This document shows positions 20,600 through 28,981 of a DNA stretch of 64,000 bases, piece by piece. Source of the DNA: Pseudomonadota bacterium (lineage in GTDB: Bacteria > Pseudomonadota > Alphaproteobacteria > Rhodobacterales > Rhodobacteraceae); NCBI GenBank assembly GCA_039033215.1, contig JBCCDA010000005.1:3670-67669 (forward strand). The letters are read 5' to 3'. Numbering within the stretch: the stretch's first letter is position 1; each line of letters starts with the position of its first letter. The position numbers were made by a program, and so were the translations under genes. The notes under the pieces are model-generated. The model was given only the letters and a program-made list of their open reading frames with translations, did no database searches and was not told the DNA's origin.

Positions 20600-22382
20600 G
20601 CGCTGAAATAAACGCCTCCTGAGGGATATCGACTTTCCCGAACTGGCGCATGCGCTTCTTACCCGCTTTCTGCTTGTCTAACAGTTTGCGCTTACGAGTG
20701 GCGTCACCGCCATAGCACTTGGCGGTCACGTCCTTGCGCAGCGCACTGATGGTCTCGCGGGCAATCACCCGCCCCCCAATCGCCGCCTGGATCGGGATCT
20801 TGAACAGGTGCTGCGGAATCAGGCCCTTCAGCTTCTCGCACATCACCCGGCCCCGGGCCTCGGCCTTGTCACGGTGGACAATGACGCTGAGCGCATCCAC
20901 GGGCTCTTCATTCACCAGGATCTGCATCTTCACCAGTGCGTCGGCATCGTAGCCGTCCATCTGGTAGTCGAAGCTGGCGTATCCCTTGGTCACGCTTTTC
21001 AGGTGATCGTAAAAATCGAAGACCACCTCGTTCAGCGGCAGTCTATAGACCACCATGGCCCGGGTACCAGCGTAGGTCAGATCAAGCTGAATACCCCGCC
21101 GATCATGGCATAGCTTCAACACGTCCCCGAGATATTCATCGGGCACAAGTATCGTTGCCTTGATCCACGGCTCCTCGATGCGATCGATCTTCATCACATC
21201 CGGCATGTCGGCCGGATTGTGCATCTCGACCATCTCACCGTCTTTCATGTAGAGGTGGTATACGACCGACGGGGCCGTTGTGATTAGGTCAATATCGTAT
21301 TCGCGTTCGAGCCGGTCCCTGATTACTTCGAGGTGTAGAAGTCCCAGGAACCCACACCGAAGCCCGAACCCCAGCGCGGCGGACGATTCCACTTCGTGGC
21401 TGAACGATGCATCGTTGAGCGCCAGCTTCTCCACGGCATCGCGCAGATCTTCGAACTCGGCATTGTCGATAGGGAAAAGCCCACAGAAAACAACGGGTTG
21501 GGCGGGCTGGAAGCCTGGTAGCGGCGTGTCCGTCCCCTTCTTCTCGTGCGTGATCGTGTCGCCGACCCTTGTGTCACGCACCTGCTTGATCGAGGCCGTC
21601 AGAAAGCCCAGCTCCCCTGGGCCCAGCACATCCGTCTGCAGCATCGAGGGCGTGAAAATGCCAACCCGGTCAACGGGATAGATGGCGCCCGTCTGCATCA
21701 TCTTGATGCGGTCGCCCTTCTTGAGCACGCCGTCGATGATGCGCACCAGGACCACGACGCCCAGGTAGGCATCGTACCAGCTGTCGACCAGCATCGCCTT
21801 CAGGGGCGCATCGCGCTCCCCTTCGGGCGGGGGCAGGCGGGTGACGATCGCCTCGAGCACATCCTCAATTCCCAGCCCCGTCTTGGCGGATATCAGCACC
21901 GCGTCGGAGGCGTCGATGCCGATGACGTCCTCGATCTGCTCGGCCACGCGCTCGGGCTCGGCCGCGGGTAGGTCTATCTTGTTGAGAACAGGGACAATCT
22001 CGTGGTCCGCGTCGATGGCCTGGTAGACGTTGGCGAGCGTCTGCGCCTCGACCCCCTGGCTCGCGTCCACCACCAGCAATGATCCCTCAACCGCCCGCAT
22101 GGACCGCGACACCTCATAGGCGAAGTCCACGTGGCCGGGCGTATCGATCAGGTTCAGCGTATACTCTTGTCCGTCCTTCGCCCGGTACTGGATCCGGACC
22201 GTCTGCGCCTTGATGGTGATCCCGCGCTCCCGCTCGATATCCATCGAGTCGAGCAACTGCTCCTTCATGTCCCGGTCTGCCACGGTGCCAGTTGACTGAA
22301 TCAGTCGATCGGCAAGCGTGGATTTCCCATGATCGATGTGGGCCACGATCGAAAAATTGCGGATATGGCTGAGCTTTGTCAT
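20583..22382 (-). CDS. lepA: Translation elongation factor 4
   Basis: [40 protein letters not shown]. Confidence 0.98.
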   Translation of the reverse strand: MTKLSHIRNFSIVAHIDHGKSTLADRLIQSTGTVADRDMKEQLLDSMDIERERGITIKAQTVRIQYRAKDGQEYTLNLIDTPGHVDFAYEVSRSMRAVEGSLLVVDASQGVEAQTLANVYQAIDADHEIVPVLNKIDLPAAEPERVAEQIEDVIGIDASDAVLISAKTGLGIEDVLEAIVTRLPPPEGERDAPLKAMLVDSWYDAYLGVVVLVRIIDGVLKKGDRIKMMQTGAIYPVDRVGIFTPSMLQTDVLGPGELGFLTASIKQVRDTRVGDTITHEKKGTDTPLPGFQPAQPVVFCGLFPIDNAEFEDLRDAVEKLALNDASFSHEVESSAALGFGLRCGFLGLLHLEVIRDRLEREYDIDLITTAPSVVYHLYMKDGEMVEMHNPADMPDVMKIDRIEEPWIKATILVPDEYLGDVLKLCHDRRGIQLDLTYAGTRAMVVYRLPLNEVVFDFYDHLKSVTKGYASFDYQMDGYDADALVKMQILVNEEPVDALSVIVHRDKAEARGRVMCEKLKGLIPQHLFKIPIQAAIGGRVIARETISALRKDVTAKCYGGDATRKRKLLDKQKAGKKRMRQFGKVDIPQEAFISALKMDG

Positions 22383-22435
22383 GGCGGGGATATGCGGGGG
22401 TTGCCTCGGCCCGTCAAGCGACGTGAGCGCGCAGA

Positions 22436-22479
22436 CTGTAGCTATCGCTACAGCCCGAATCGAGAAACTGGCGCAGGAT
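22436..22479 (+). promoter_or_regulatory. Palindromic operator plus -10-like hexamer upstream of P2
   Basis: CTGTAGC-TATC-GCTACAG with perfect 7-bp arms (22436-22453); 22 nt after TAC comes CAGGAT (22474-22479). Confidence 0.7.
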
Positions 22480-22510
22480 TTAGTTCGTGTTTCAGGGATG
22501 GAGGTTCACG

Positions 22511-22741
22511 ATGAAAGACAAGACTAAGGAAAGCGCCGTGGCGCTGGGTGACGAGCAGCTCGACGAGGCTCAGGGTGGCGGCATGACGTGGCACGGCGGC
22601 TCGGCCATGATGGAGGCCCATCAGGAAATGCGGGTCGCTCGCGATGCCGACCTGCAGAAGCTTGCGAATGAACAGAAATCGCTTCTCGAGAAGAAGAAGA
22701 GCCTGCGCGCAGTTTCGAGATCGCTTCGGGACATGATGTAA
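22511..22741 (+). CDS. Small peptide with double-glycine-type leader (P2, 76 aa)
   Basis: MKDKTKESAVALGDEQLDEAQGG|GMTWHGG...; RBS GGAGGT upstream. Confidence 0.75.
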   Translation: MKDKTKESAVALGDEQLDEAQGGGMTWHGGSAMMEAHQEMRVARDADLQKLANEQKSLLEKKKSLRAVSRSLRDMM

Positions 22742-22748
22742 GTTCGCG

Positions 22749-22775
22749 GCCCGCACCCGGCGCACGGGTGCGGGC
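22749..22775 (+). terminator. Stem-loop directly after P2
   Basis: GCCCGCACCCG-GCGCA-CGGGTGCGGGC, 11-bp perfect stem; no U tract. Confidence 0.5.
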
Positions 22776-22957
22776 ACGAGTGTCCCGTCGATTGGCCGAC
22801 GACGGGCAAAATGCCTGGGCAACCGTCCGCGGCCCCTGCACCACCAAGCCCTGTGTATCTTGCCGGCAACGCTGCCCGAAACGCTAACAAAACGTTGACA
22901 TCCGGCCCAGCCCCCTCACACTTACGGGCAAAGAACACGCTGACACGGGCCGGCATC

Positions 22958-24127
22958 ATGGTAGCTTCTCTCAACGGGATTATTTTCTCCCAGATCTATC
23001 CTGACAATTCCGGGGGACCGGAGTTCGATACCGATGGTGACGGGACTGCGACGCAGGAAGATGAGTTCGTAGCGATCCTGAACAATTCGGCGACCGCAGT
23101 CGACATATCCGGCTGGCAGATCTGGTCGGATAGCACTGGCTCTGGAGCGCCTGACTCGCCACAAGACGGCCTCTACCACACCTTCCCTGCCGACACGATC
23201 CTGCAACCTGGTCAGGAACTGTTTGTGATCAACGAGATCACGGACACCCTGGGAAGCTGGGCTCAAGAGGCCTCTGAAGGCGGAGTGGAGTCAGGCAGCG
23301 GATCTCCAAACACCAACTTCCTGACTGAGGGGAACGGGGGGGGCGCGCCAGAGTCAATTGTGCTCGTGGATCCAGTATCCGGCGAGTTCATCGTCTTCAA
23401 CATGTCCCCGAACGATTCGAACGTGCCGAACCAGCAAGGGTTTCCCGGCACGGTTTCAGTCGGTGAAGTGGATGGGAACTCGGTCCAGGAGGACCCGACC
23501 GCAGGAGAATCCTATCAGTTTGACGCATCGACGGGTAACTATGAGTACGAGGACGTCGTTGTTCCCTGCTTTGTCGACGGAACGATGATCGCCGTGCCCG
23601 ACGGAGAAGTGCCGGTCGAGGATCTCGCGGTCGGCGACCTGGTCGAGACGCTCGATCATGGCCCGCAACCCATCCGCATGATCCTGCACCGCGAACTGCA
23701 CTTCGGTGGGCGCGTCGACGCCAAGCACAAACCTGTGGAGTTCAAGCCCGGCAGCCTGGGCCCGAACCTACCGGTGCGGACCTTGCGGGTCTCGCCCCAG
23801 CACAGAATGCTGATCGTCCGTGACGATGGGCAGGAGTGGCTGGCCCCCGCCAGGGGGCTGACCGATCTGCCCGGCGTGCGTGTGATGATCAGCCGCCGAC
23901 GCGTGACGTATATCCAGCTGGTCTTTGATCAGCACGAGGTCGTGCGCTCGGACGGTGCATGGACCGAGAGCTTCTACCCTGGTGCCTATGTCACCAACGC
24001 TTGCGATGCGGCGACCAAGCGGGAACTGCAAAGCGTGTTCCCTGGCATTGAGGCCAACGAGCGACCTTCGCCCGCGCGACCACTTGCGCGCGTCAGGCAG
24101 GCAAGAGAGATGGTCCGCCAAGCCTGA
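22958..24127 (+). CDS. Lamin-tail-like domain plus Hint (bacterial intein-like, Hint_2) protein
   Basis: N-terminal IFSQIYPD..DEFVAILN...VDISGWQI; C-terminal VVPCFVDGTMI...LRVSPQHRML...HEVVRSDGAWTESFYPG. Confidence 0.85.
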   Translation: MVASLNGIIFSQIYPDNSGGPEFDTDGDGTATQEDEFVAILNNSATAVDISGWQIWSDSTGSGAPDSPQDGLYHTFPADTILQPGQELFVINEITDTLGSWAQEASEGGVESGSGSPNTNFLTEGNGGGAPESIVLVDPVSGEFIVFNMSPNDSNVPNQQGFPGTVSVGEVDGNSVQEDPTAGESYQFDASTGNYEYEDVVVPCFVDGTMIAVPDGEVPVEDLAVGDLVETLDHGPQPIRMILHRELHFGGRVDAKHKPVEFKPGSLGPNLPVRTLRVSPQHRMLIVRDDGQEWLAPARGLTDLPGVRVMISRRRVTYIQLVFDQHEVVRSDGAWTESFYPGAYVTNACDAATKRELQSVFPGIEANERPSPARPLARVRQAREMVRQA

Positions 24128-24161
24128 CAGTCTGGGTCCGCCGTCGCAGAACAATGGCTGA

Positions 24162-24437
24162 TCAACGCTTCCTGTTCGGATTGAACTGATCACCACCGGG
24201 GATGAACTGGTCACCACCAGGGATGAACTGATCGCCGCCTGGGATGAACTGGTCGCCGCCGGGGATACTCACATCCGTTGGCGCCTGAAAACCCAGCCCG
24301 CCGCCGTTGGCGATGACGAACTGATCTCCGCCCGGGATGCCAGTTACGGTGTTACCCAAGTCACGCAGACTGAACCCGCCCTGGGCCTCGTCGAGATCGG
24401 TGTCTTGAACCGGCTTTGCCTTGTCTTGATCGCTCAT
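24162..24437 (-). CDS. Small peptide with double-glycine-type leader and 5x IPGGDQF (P4, 91 aa)
   Basis: MSDQDKAKPVQDTDLDEAQGG|FSLRDLG...; GAGGG RBS; repeats vary only synonymously. Confidence 0.85.
   Translation of the reverse strand: MSDQDKAKPVQDTDLDEAQGGFSLRDLGNTVTGIPGGDQFVIANGGGLGFQAPTDVSIPGGDQFIPGGDQFIPGGDQFIPGGDQFNPNRKR
24183..24266 (-). repeat. Four tandem 21-bp coding repeats (IPGGDQF); fifth copy at 24318-24338
   Basis: ATC CCN GGY GGN GAY CAG TTC units read directly. Confidence 0.95.
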
Positions 24438-24655
24438 TTTCCCTCGTCTCCATTCGTCAACTTTCTGCCCCGGCGGGCAAGCGCCGCCTCGGCATCGTCA
24501 TCTGCCCATTCGACATCATAGACCGATCCATCCAGCACACGGGCCGCGCGGGGCGCCCCGGGCTTGATGAGACCATCCTCCTCGGCGTCGGCAAGCAGCT
24601 CTCGCGCCTCGGCAAGGATGTGATGGTCCGGTCTCAGTCGCTTGGGGTTCGGCAT
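24434..24655 (-). CDS. Small hypothetical protein between P3 and P4
   Basis: 73 aa; starts 3 bp after P3 stop, ATGA overlap with P4. Confidence 0.6.
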   Translation of the reverse strand: MPNPKRLRPDHHILAEARELLADAEEDGLIKPGAPRAARVLDGSVYDVEWADDDAEAALARRGRKLTNGDEGK

Positions 24656-24658
24656 TAA

Positions 24659-24949
24659 TCAGCCGCCGTATGGGTTCCCGATCCTGCCCGGACGCGTGCG
24701 CAGGAATGCCTCTCCGCCATAGATCGTCTCGGCCTTCATGGAAGAAACGATGTCCTTGGTTGCCGCGGTAGCCGTGATCGTCTCGGCGTCGACTCCGACG
24801 TTGACCATGCTGGTCTTGCTGAAATTGGTGTTGAGAAAACCCCATCCCCCGTTCGCATCGTCAAGCGCCTCGTCGCCGATGATCTGAGGCTCCTGATCCT
24901 CGGTTGCCACAATATCCTCTTCGGGCTTGTCGTTCTTGGGATCGCTCAT
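24659..24949 (-). CDS. Small peptide with double-glycine-type leader (P3, 96 aa)
   Basis: MSDPKNDKPEEDIVATEDQEPQIIGDEALDDANGG|WGFLNTNF...PYGG; GGAG-like RBS region upstream. Confidence 0.75.
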   Translation of the reverse strand: MSDPKNDKPEEDIVATEDQEPQIIGDEALDDANGGWGFLNTNFSKTSMVNVGVDAETITATAATKDIVSSMKAETIYGGEAFLRTRPGRIGNPYGG

Positions 24950-24997
24950 TGGTTCGTCTCCTGGTTACTGTGTGCGGCCTAACCGCCTTGCATCATT

Positions 24998-25041
24998 AAT
25001 CTGTCACTTCTGTGCCCATCTCTCTGTAGCATACGGTACAC
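24998..25041 (-). promoter_or_regulatory. Palindromic operator plus -10-like hexamer upstream of the P3-orf-P4 unit
   Basis: Minus strand GTGTACCGTATGCTACAG (25024-25041); 22 nt after TAC comes CAGATT (24998-25003). Confidence 0.7.
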
Positions 25042-25070
25042 ATTGATCGATTTTTGAAAAGGGGTCGGGA

Positions 25071-25766
25071 ATGAAGCGGATCGTCGTGCTGACCGGGGCC
25101 GGGATATCCGCGGAGTCCGGGCTTGGCACGTTTCGCGACAAGGACGGGCTTTGGACACGGGTCGACCTGTCCGAAGTCGCCACGCCTGAGGGTTATCAAG
25201 CAGATCCTGACAAGGTGCTGGCCTTCTACAATGCGCGGCGGGCGGGTTGCGTCGAGGCTACGCACAATGCCGCCCACGAAGCGTTGGCGCGCCTCCAGAG
25301 AGAGTGGCCCGGGCAAGTCATGCTGGTGACCCAGAACATCGACGATCTCCACGAACGCGGGGGCTCAAAAGACGTTTTGCACATGCACGGCCAGATCCTG
25401 CGCGCGCTCTGCGCTGCCTGTGGCTACCGCTGGCGCTGGCAGGGGGACATGAGCCGCCGTGACCTCTGCCCCGGGTGCAGCAGCGTCGGCACCGTCCGCC
25501 CGGATATTGTGTGGTTTGGTGAGATGCCCTACCGGATGGAAGAGATCTACACCGCGCTTGCCGAATGCGATCTGTTCGTCGCGATCGGCACGTCCGGGGC
25601 GGTCTACCCGGCGGCTGGCTTCGTCGGAGAGGCCCGGGCGTCGGGGGCAGAGTGTCTCGAGATCAATCTCGCCGCCAGTGATACCGCGGGCATGTTCCAC
25701 CGTCAGATCCTTGGTCCTGCGACTGAAACCGTGCCCGCCTGGGTCGATGAGGTACTGGCCGGGTGA
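25071..25766 (+). CDS. cobB: NAD-dependent protein deacylase (sirtuin)
   Basis: GAGISAESG, TQNIDDLHE, HMHG, two CxxC, GTSGAVYPAA. Confidence 0.95.
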   Translation: MKRIVVLTGAGISAESGLGTFRDKDGLWTRVDLSEVATPEGYQADPDKVLAFYNARRAGCVEATHNAAHEALARLQREWPGQVMLVTQNIDDLHERGGSKDVLHMHGQILRALCAACGYRWRWQGDMSRRDLCPGCSSVGTVRPDIVWFGEMPYRMEEIYTALAECDLFVAIGTSGAVYPAAGFVGEARASGAECLEINLAASDTAGMFHRQILGPATETVPAWVDEVLAG

Positions 25767-25787
25767 CCCCGGCCAGCCCGTTGGTCC

Positions 25788-26264
25788 TTAGACGACCCGG
25801 CCGATAGCTCGGTCGAGCGAATACTGCCCACCACCGCGCGCCACGAAGTAGAACGCAATCACCGCCCAGAGCACCGGATATTCCCATCCGCCGTTGGTCC
25901 AGAAGAACCCTGCCGGGACATGGACGGAAGCCGCGACCAGCAGCAGCACTGCGACGGCTAGCGCCGATGCACGGGTTGCCAGCCCCAGTGCCAGTGCCAG
26001 CCCGCCGAAGGTTTCGACGGAACCGGCACCGAGCGCGGCCAGATAGCCATGCGCAAAGCCCAATTGCGTCTCGAAGAACTGTCCCGTCGCCTCGAGCCCG
26101 TGTCCGCCCATCCAACCGAACAGTTTTTGAACACCATGTGGGACCAGAAACAGGCCAGCACCGATGCGGAGCGCAGTCTCGGCCAGGGGCGTTGCTATCT
26201 CACCAGCGCGGTCCACCGTGCGTGTGAGGGATGCGGGGCGGGTGTTTGTCGTGATGTCGGTCAT
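25788..26264 (-). CDS. DoxX family membrane protein
   Basis: LRIGAGLFLVPHGVQKLFG, GFFWTNGGWEY, GGGQYSLD. Confidence 0.9.
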   Translation of the reverse strand: MTDITTNTRPASLTRTVDRAGEIATPLAETALRIGAGLFLVPHGVQKLFGWMGGHGLEATGQFFETQLGFAHGYLAALGAGSVETFGGLALALGLATRASALAVAVLLLVAASVHVPAGFFWTNGGWEYPVLWAVIAFYFVARGGGQYSLDRAIGRVV

Positions 26265-26394
26265 GTCGGTCTCCTCAGGTCGTGTTGTTTGCTGACCAAG
26301 GAGGTAACTGCCGACGTTATCGCAATAAAGATTGCAGATAACAAATATTTGTTGCGATTTTGAGAATTATCAGACTGCCCAACCACGAACGGCG

Positions 26395-26424
26395 GGAGGC
26401 CCGCCAGTTACCTGGCGGGCCTCC
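26395..26424 (-). terminator. Stem-loop downstream of rpmB
   Basis: GGAGGCCCGCCAG-TTAC-CTGGCGGGCCTCC, 13-bp perfect stem. Confidence 0.6.
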
Positions 26425-26458
26425 GACACCTTGGAATCTCGAGGTGGTTTGCGAGGCC

Positions 26459-26746
26459 TCAGGCCTCGGCGGCCGCGGCCTCAATGTCCTTCTTGACCTT
26501 CAGCGCGCTTGCCGACAGATCGGCCTCCTTCGCCTTGATCAGGAAGGCATCCAACCCGCCGCGATGATCGACCGTGCGCAGCGCGCCGGTCGTGATCTTG
26601 AAGCGGAACGCGCGCCCCAGCGCATCCGAGTGTAACGTCACGGACTGCAGGTTCGGCAGATAGCGCCGCTTGGACTTGATGTTCGAGTGACTGACACGAT
26701 TGCCCACCATGGGGCCCTTGCCGGTAAGTTCGCAACGACGCGACAT
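26459..26746 (-). CDS. rpmB: 50S ribosomal protein L28
   Basis: [30 protein letters not shown]. Confidence 0.97.
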   Translation of the reverse strand: MSRRCELTGKGPMVGNRVSHSNIKSKRRYLPNLQSVTLHSDALGRAFRFKITTGALRTVDHRGGLDAFLIKAKEADLSASALKVKKDIEAAAAEA

Positions 26747-26853
26747 GGAAGCGTCCTTCTCTGCTATTGGCGGCGCCGGCGGTCCGTCGCGCGCACATCA
26801 TGTTCGGAGAGGCGCCGCATAGCGGCAGGCAGCGCAGCCGTCAACCCTCCCGC

Positions 26854-27702
26854 TCAGGACGAGGACGTATCGCGCATCAGAACAGCCCGGCGGCGGTCGC
26901 GAATCTCGCGGTGACGGGTAACATCCCGTGGCTCCAGAAGCCCCGCACCCGAGGGCACGAGCTCGAAGTTCCCGAACCGGTCCTCGCCCCGCGCCAGCGT
27001 CGCGCACATCTTCGCCCCCGACATCTGCTTCATCCGGGTCGGGACGTAGCGGATTGCCAGACCGATCCGCCGGTCGTCCGATGTGTTTGGGTCGGAGCCA
27101 TGAAAGAGCCGCCCGTGGTGCAGCGACATCTCCCCCGGCGCCAGCTCGACCGCAACGGCGTCCGCTTCATCGACCTCAACCGCGATCTCCTGCCCGCGGG
27201 TGAGCAGATTGTCCTCGGCAAAGGTGTCGCGGTGCTCGGCCACCTGCCGGTGCGAACCCGGAACGAACTTCATGCAGCCCGAGGCTTTCGTGGCCGGGGA
27301 CAGCGCGACCCATGCGGTTACCTCATCGTCACCCTCCAGACCCCAGTAGTGCAGGTCCTGGTGCCAGCTGACGAAGGCGGTTGAACTGGCGGGCTTGATG
27401 AAGAACGAACACGCCATGACGATCAGGTCCTCGCCGAGGATGGCGGCGACCGGGTCGGTGACGGCGCGGCTCTCGAGGATCTCGCCCACGAAGCTCAGCC
27501 CGATGTTCGAATACTCCCGGAACAGCGTATCGCCTTCCGGTATCCCGCGCGCGATCTGCTCGGCCCGCTCGAGGTTCGCGCGGTAACTCTCGGCCTGAGC
27601 CTCCGGGAACACGCGGATCGGAAAGACGAACCCGTCCCGGTCATAGGTGCTTGCAATGTTGTTATGATCCAGCATGGCGACCTCCCTCGTTGCGATGGAC
27701 AT
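26854..27702 (-). CDS. Phytanoyl-CoA dioxygenase (PhyH) family Fe(II)/2OG enzyme
   Basis: WHQDLHYW, FVPGSH, HGSDPN.SDDRRIG. Confidence 0.9.
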   Translation of the reverse strand: MSIATREVAMLDHNNIASTYDRDGFVFPIRVFPEAQAESYRANLERAEQIARGIPEGDTLFREYSNIGLSFVGEILESRAVTDPVAAILGEDLIVMACSFFIKPASSTAFVSWHQDLHYWGLEGDDEVTAWVALSPATKASGCMKFVPGSHRQVAEHRDTFAEDNLLTRGQEIAVEVDEADAVAVELAPGEMSLHHGRLFHGSDPNTSDDRRIGLAIRYVPTRMKQMSGAKMCATLARGEDRFGNFELVPSGAGLLEPRDVTRHREIRDRRRAVLMRDTSSS

Positions 27703-27881
27703 TAGCGGGGGATCGGCATCGGCACCATCCCGATGGAGATTTGGTCAGGCACTCGACGTCGCCGGCCGGGCCGATCACGGGCCCTGCGGGCCCGGGCGAG
27801 AGCGCTGCTCTCGCGCTCTCGAGGTACTTCCGGCCAGATGACGGAGGGTACGGCGATAGGGCGGGTCGATTACCTTCAGTC

Positions 27882-28874
27882 TCAGGATCGGAGGTCGGCG
27901 ATCACGCGCTCGGCCGCTTCTTCGGGGTCGAGCGTGCCGCGGGAGACCTGCTCCTCCAGATCGTCCAGCAAGGCGCGCAAACCGCTGTCGCGCCGGATGA
28001 GGTCCATCACGGCACGCTCCAGCGCCTTGCGCATGGCCTGCACCGCTTGCCGGGCCCGAGTCTGGTCCAGCAGCCCGCCCTCGAGGCGGTGGCGGTGAAG
28101 CTCGAGGACGGCGGCCCAAACTGTGTCCAACCCGGTGCCTGTGACAGCCGAGGCAGAAAGCGCCTTGGGAAATCCAGGTGCGTCGCCCTGCCGCGACCTC
28201 AGGAGATGGAGCGCCGAGGCATACTCGCTGCGCGTCGCCTCCGCTTGCGCCGCCATGTCCCCGTCCGCCTTGTTGACGACGATGAGATCGGCAATCTCCA
28301 TGATGCCGCGTTTGACACCTTGCAATTCATCCCCGCCGCCGGGCGCCAGGAGCAGAACGAAGATATCGGTCATCTCGGCGACCATGGTCTCGGACTGACC
28401 GACACCCACCGTCTCGACCAGCACAGTGTCGTAACCCGCCGCCTCGACCAGCCTGATCGCCTCGCGCGTGCGCCGGGCAACGCCGCCCAGGGTGCCCAGG
28501 GACGGGGAGGGCCGGACAAAGGCCCCGGGCGCCCGCGACAGGCGCTCCATCCGGGTCTTGTCGCCAAGGATCGAGCCCCCCGTGCGCGTCGACGAGGGAT
28601 CGACCGCCAGCACCGCCACCCGGTGGCCGGCGTCGACCAGTCGCATCCCCATCGTCTCGATGAACGTCGACTTTCCAACACCGGGGGTACCGGAGAGGCC
28701 AATTCGCCGGACGACGGAACCCGCGGGCCCGATCCGTTCCAGCAGCGCCCGCGCTTGCAAACGATGGTCGGGCCGGGTCGACTCGACCAGCGTGATCGCC
28801 TGGGCCAGGGCCCGGCGCTCACCGGCGACGACCCGCTGAGCGAGGGTCTCGATGGCAGTGTCGGGCTGGGACAT
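27882..28874 (-). CDS. meaB: Methylmalonyl-CoA mutase-associated GTPase
   Basis: [37 protein letters not shown]. Confidence 0.95.
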   Translation of the reverse strand: MSQPDTAIETLAQRVVAGERRALAQAITLVESTRPDHRLQARALLERIGPAGSVVRRIGLSGTPGVGKSTFIETMGMRLVDAGHRVAVLAVDPSSTRTGGSILGDKTRMERLSRAPGAFVRPSPSLGTLGGVARRTREAIRLVEAAGYDTVLVETVGVGQSETMVAEMTDIFVLLLAPGGGDELQGVKRGIMEIADLIVVNKADGDMAAQAEATRSEYASALHLLRSRQGDAPGFPKALSASAVTGTGLDTVWAAVLELHRHRLEGGLLDQTRARQAVQAMRKALERAVMDLIRRDSGLRALLDDLEEQVSRGTLDPEEAAERVIADLRS

Positions 28875-28981
28875 GGCCGGTGAATCCGGTATGGGTTGGA
28901 TATCGCCCTACGCCGATCAGGCGGGGGCCGCGCGGGCGCCTGAATAGGCGAAGTACAGGCCCGCTGCAACGGAGGTGTAGA

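Noticed and set aside
24183-24266. Tandem 21-bp repeats as a CRISPR array or VNTR
   Set aside because: No spacers, no cas genes; in-frame and varying only at synonymous sites
19386-24949. Peptides as lanthipeptide or sactipeptide precursors
   Set aside because: No cysteine in any core and no corresponding enzymes in the window
19651-25041. Boxes as NifA UAS (TGT-N10-ACA) of sigma54 promoters
   Set aside because: Spacing fits, but no -24/-12 GG-N10-GC consensus was seen and the fixed 22-nt distance to a -10-like hexamer favours sigma70 class II activation
25071-25766. Sirtuin as Thoeris/DSR-type defence SIR2
   Set aside because: Canonical short CobB with zinc-binding CxxC pairs; no partner genes
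26854-27702. PhyH dioxygenase (or the P450 at window start) as peptide maturase
   Set aside because: Separated by housekeeping genes, no operator box and no recognisable leader-binding domain
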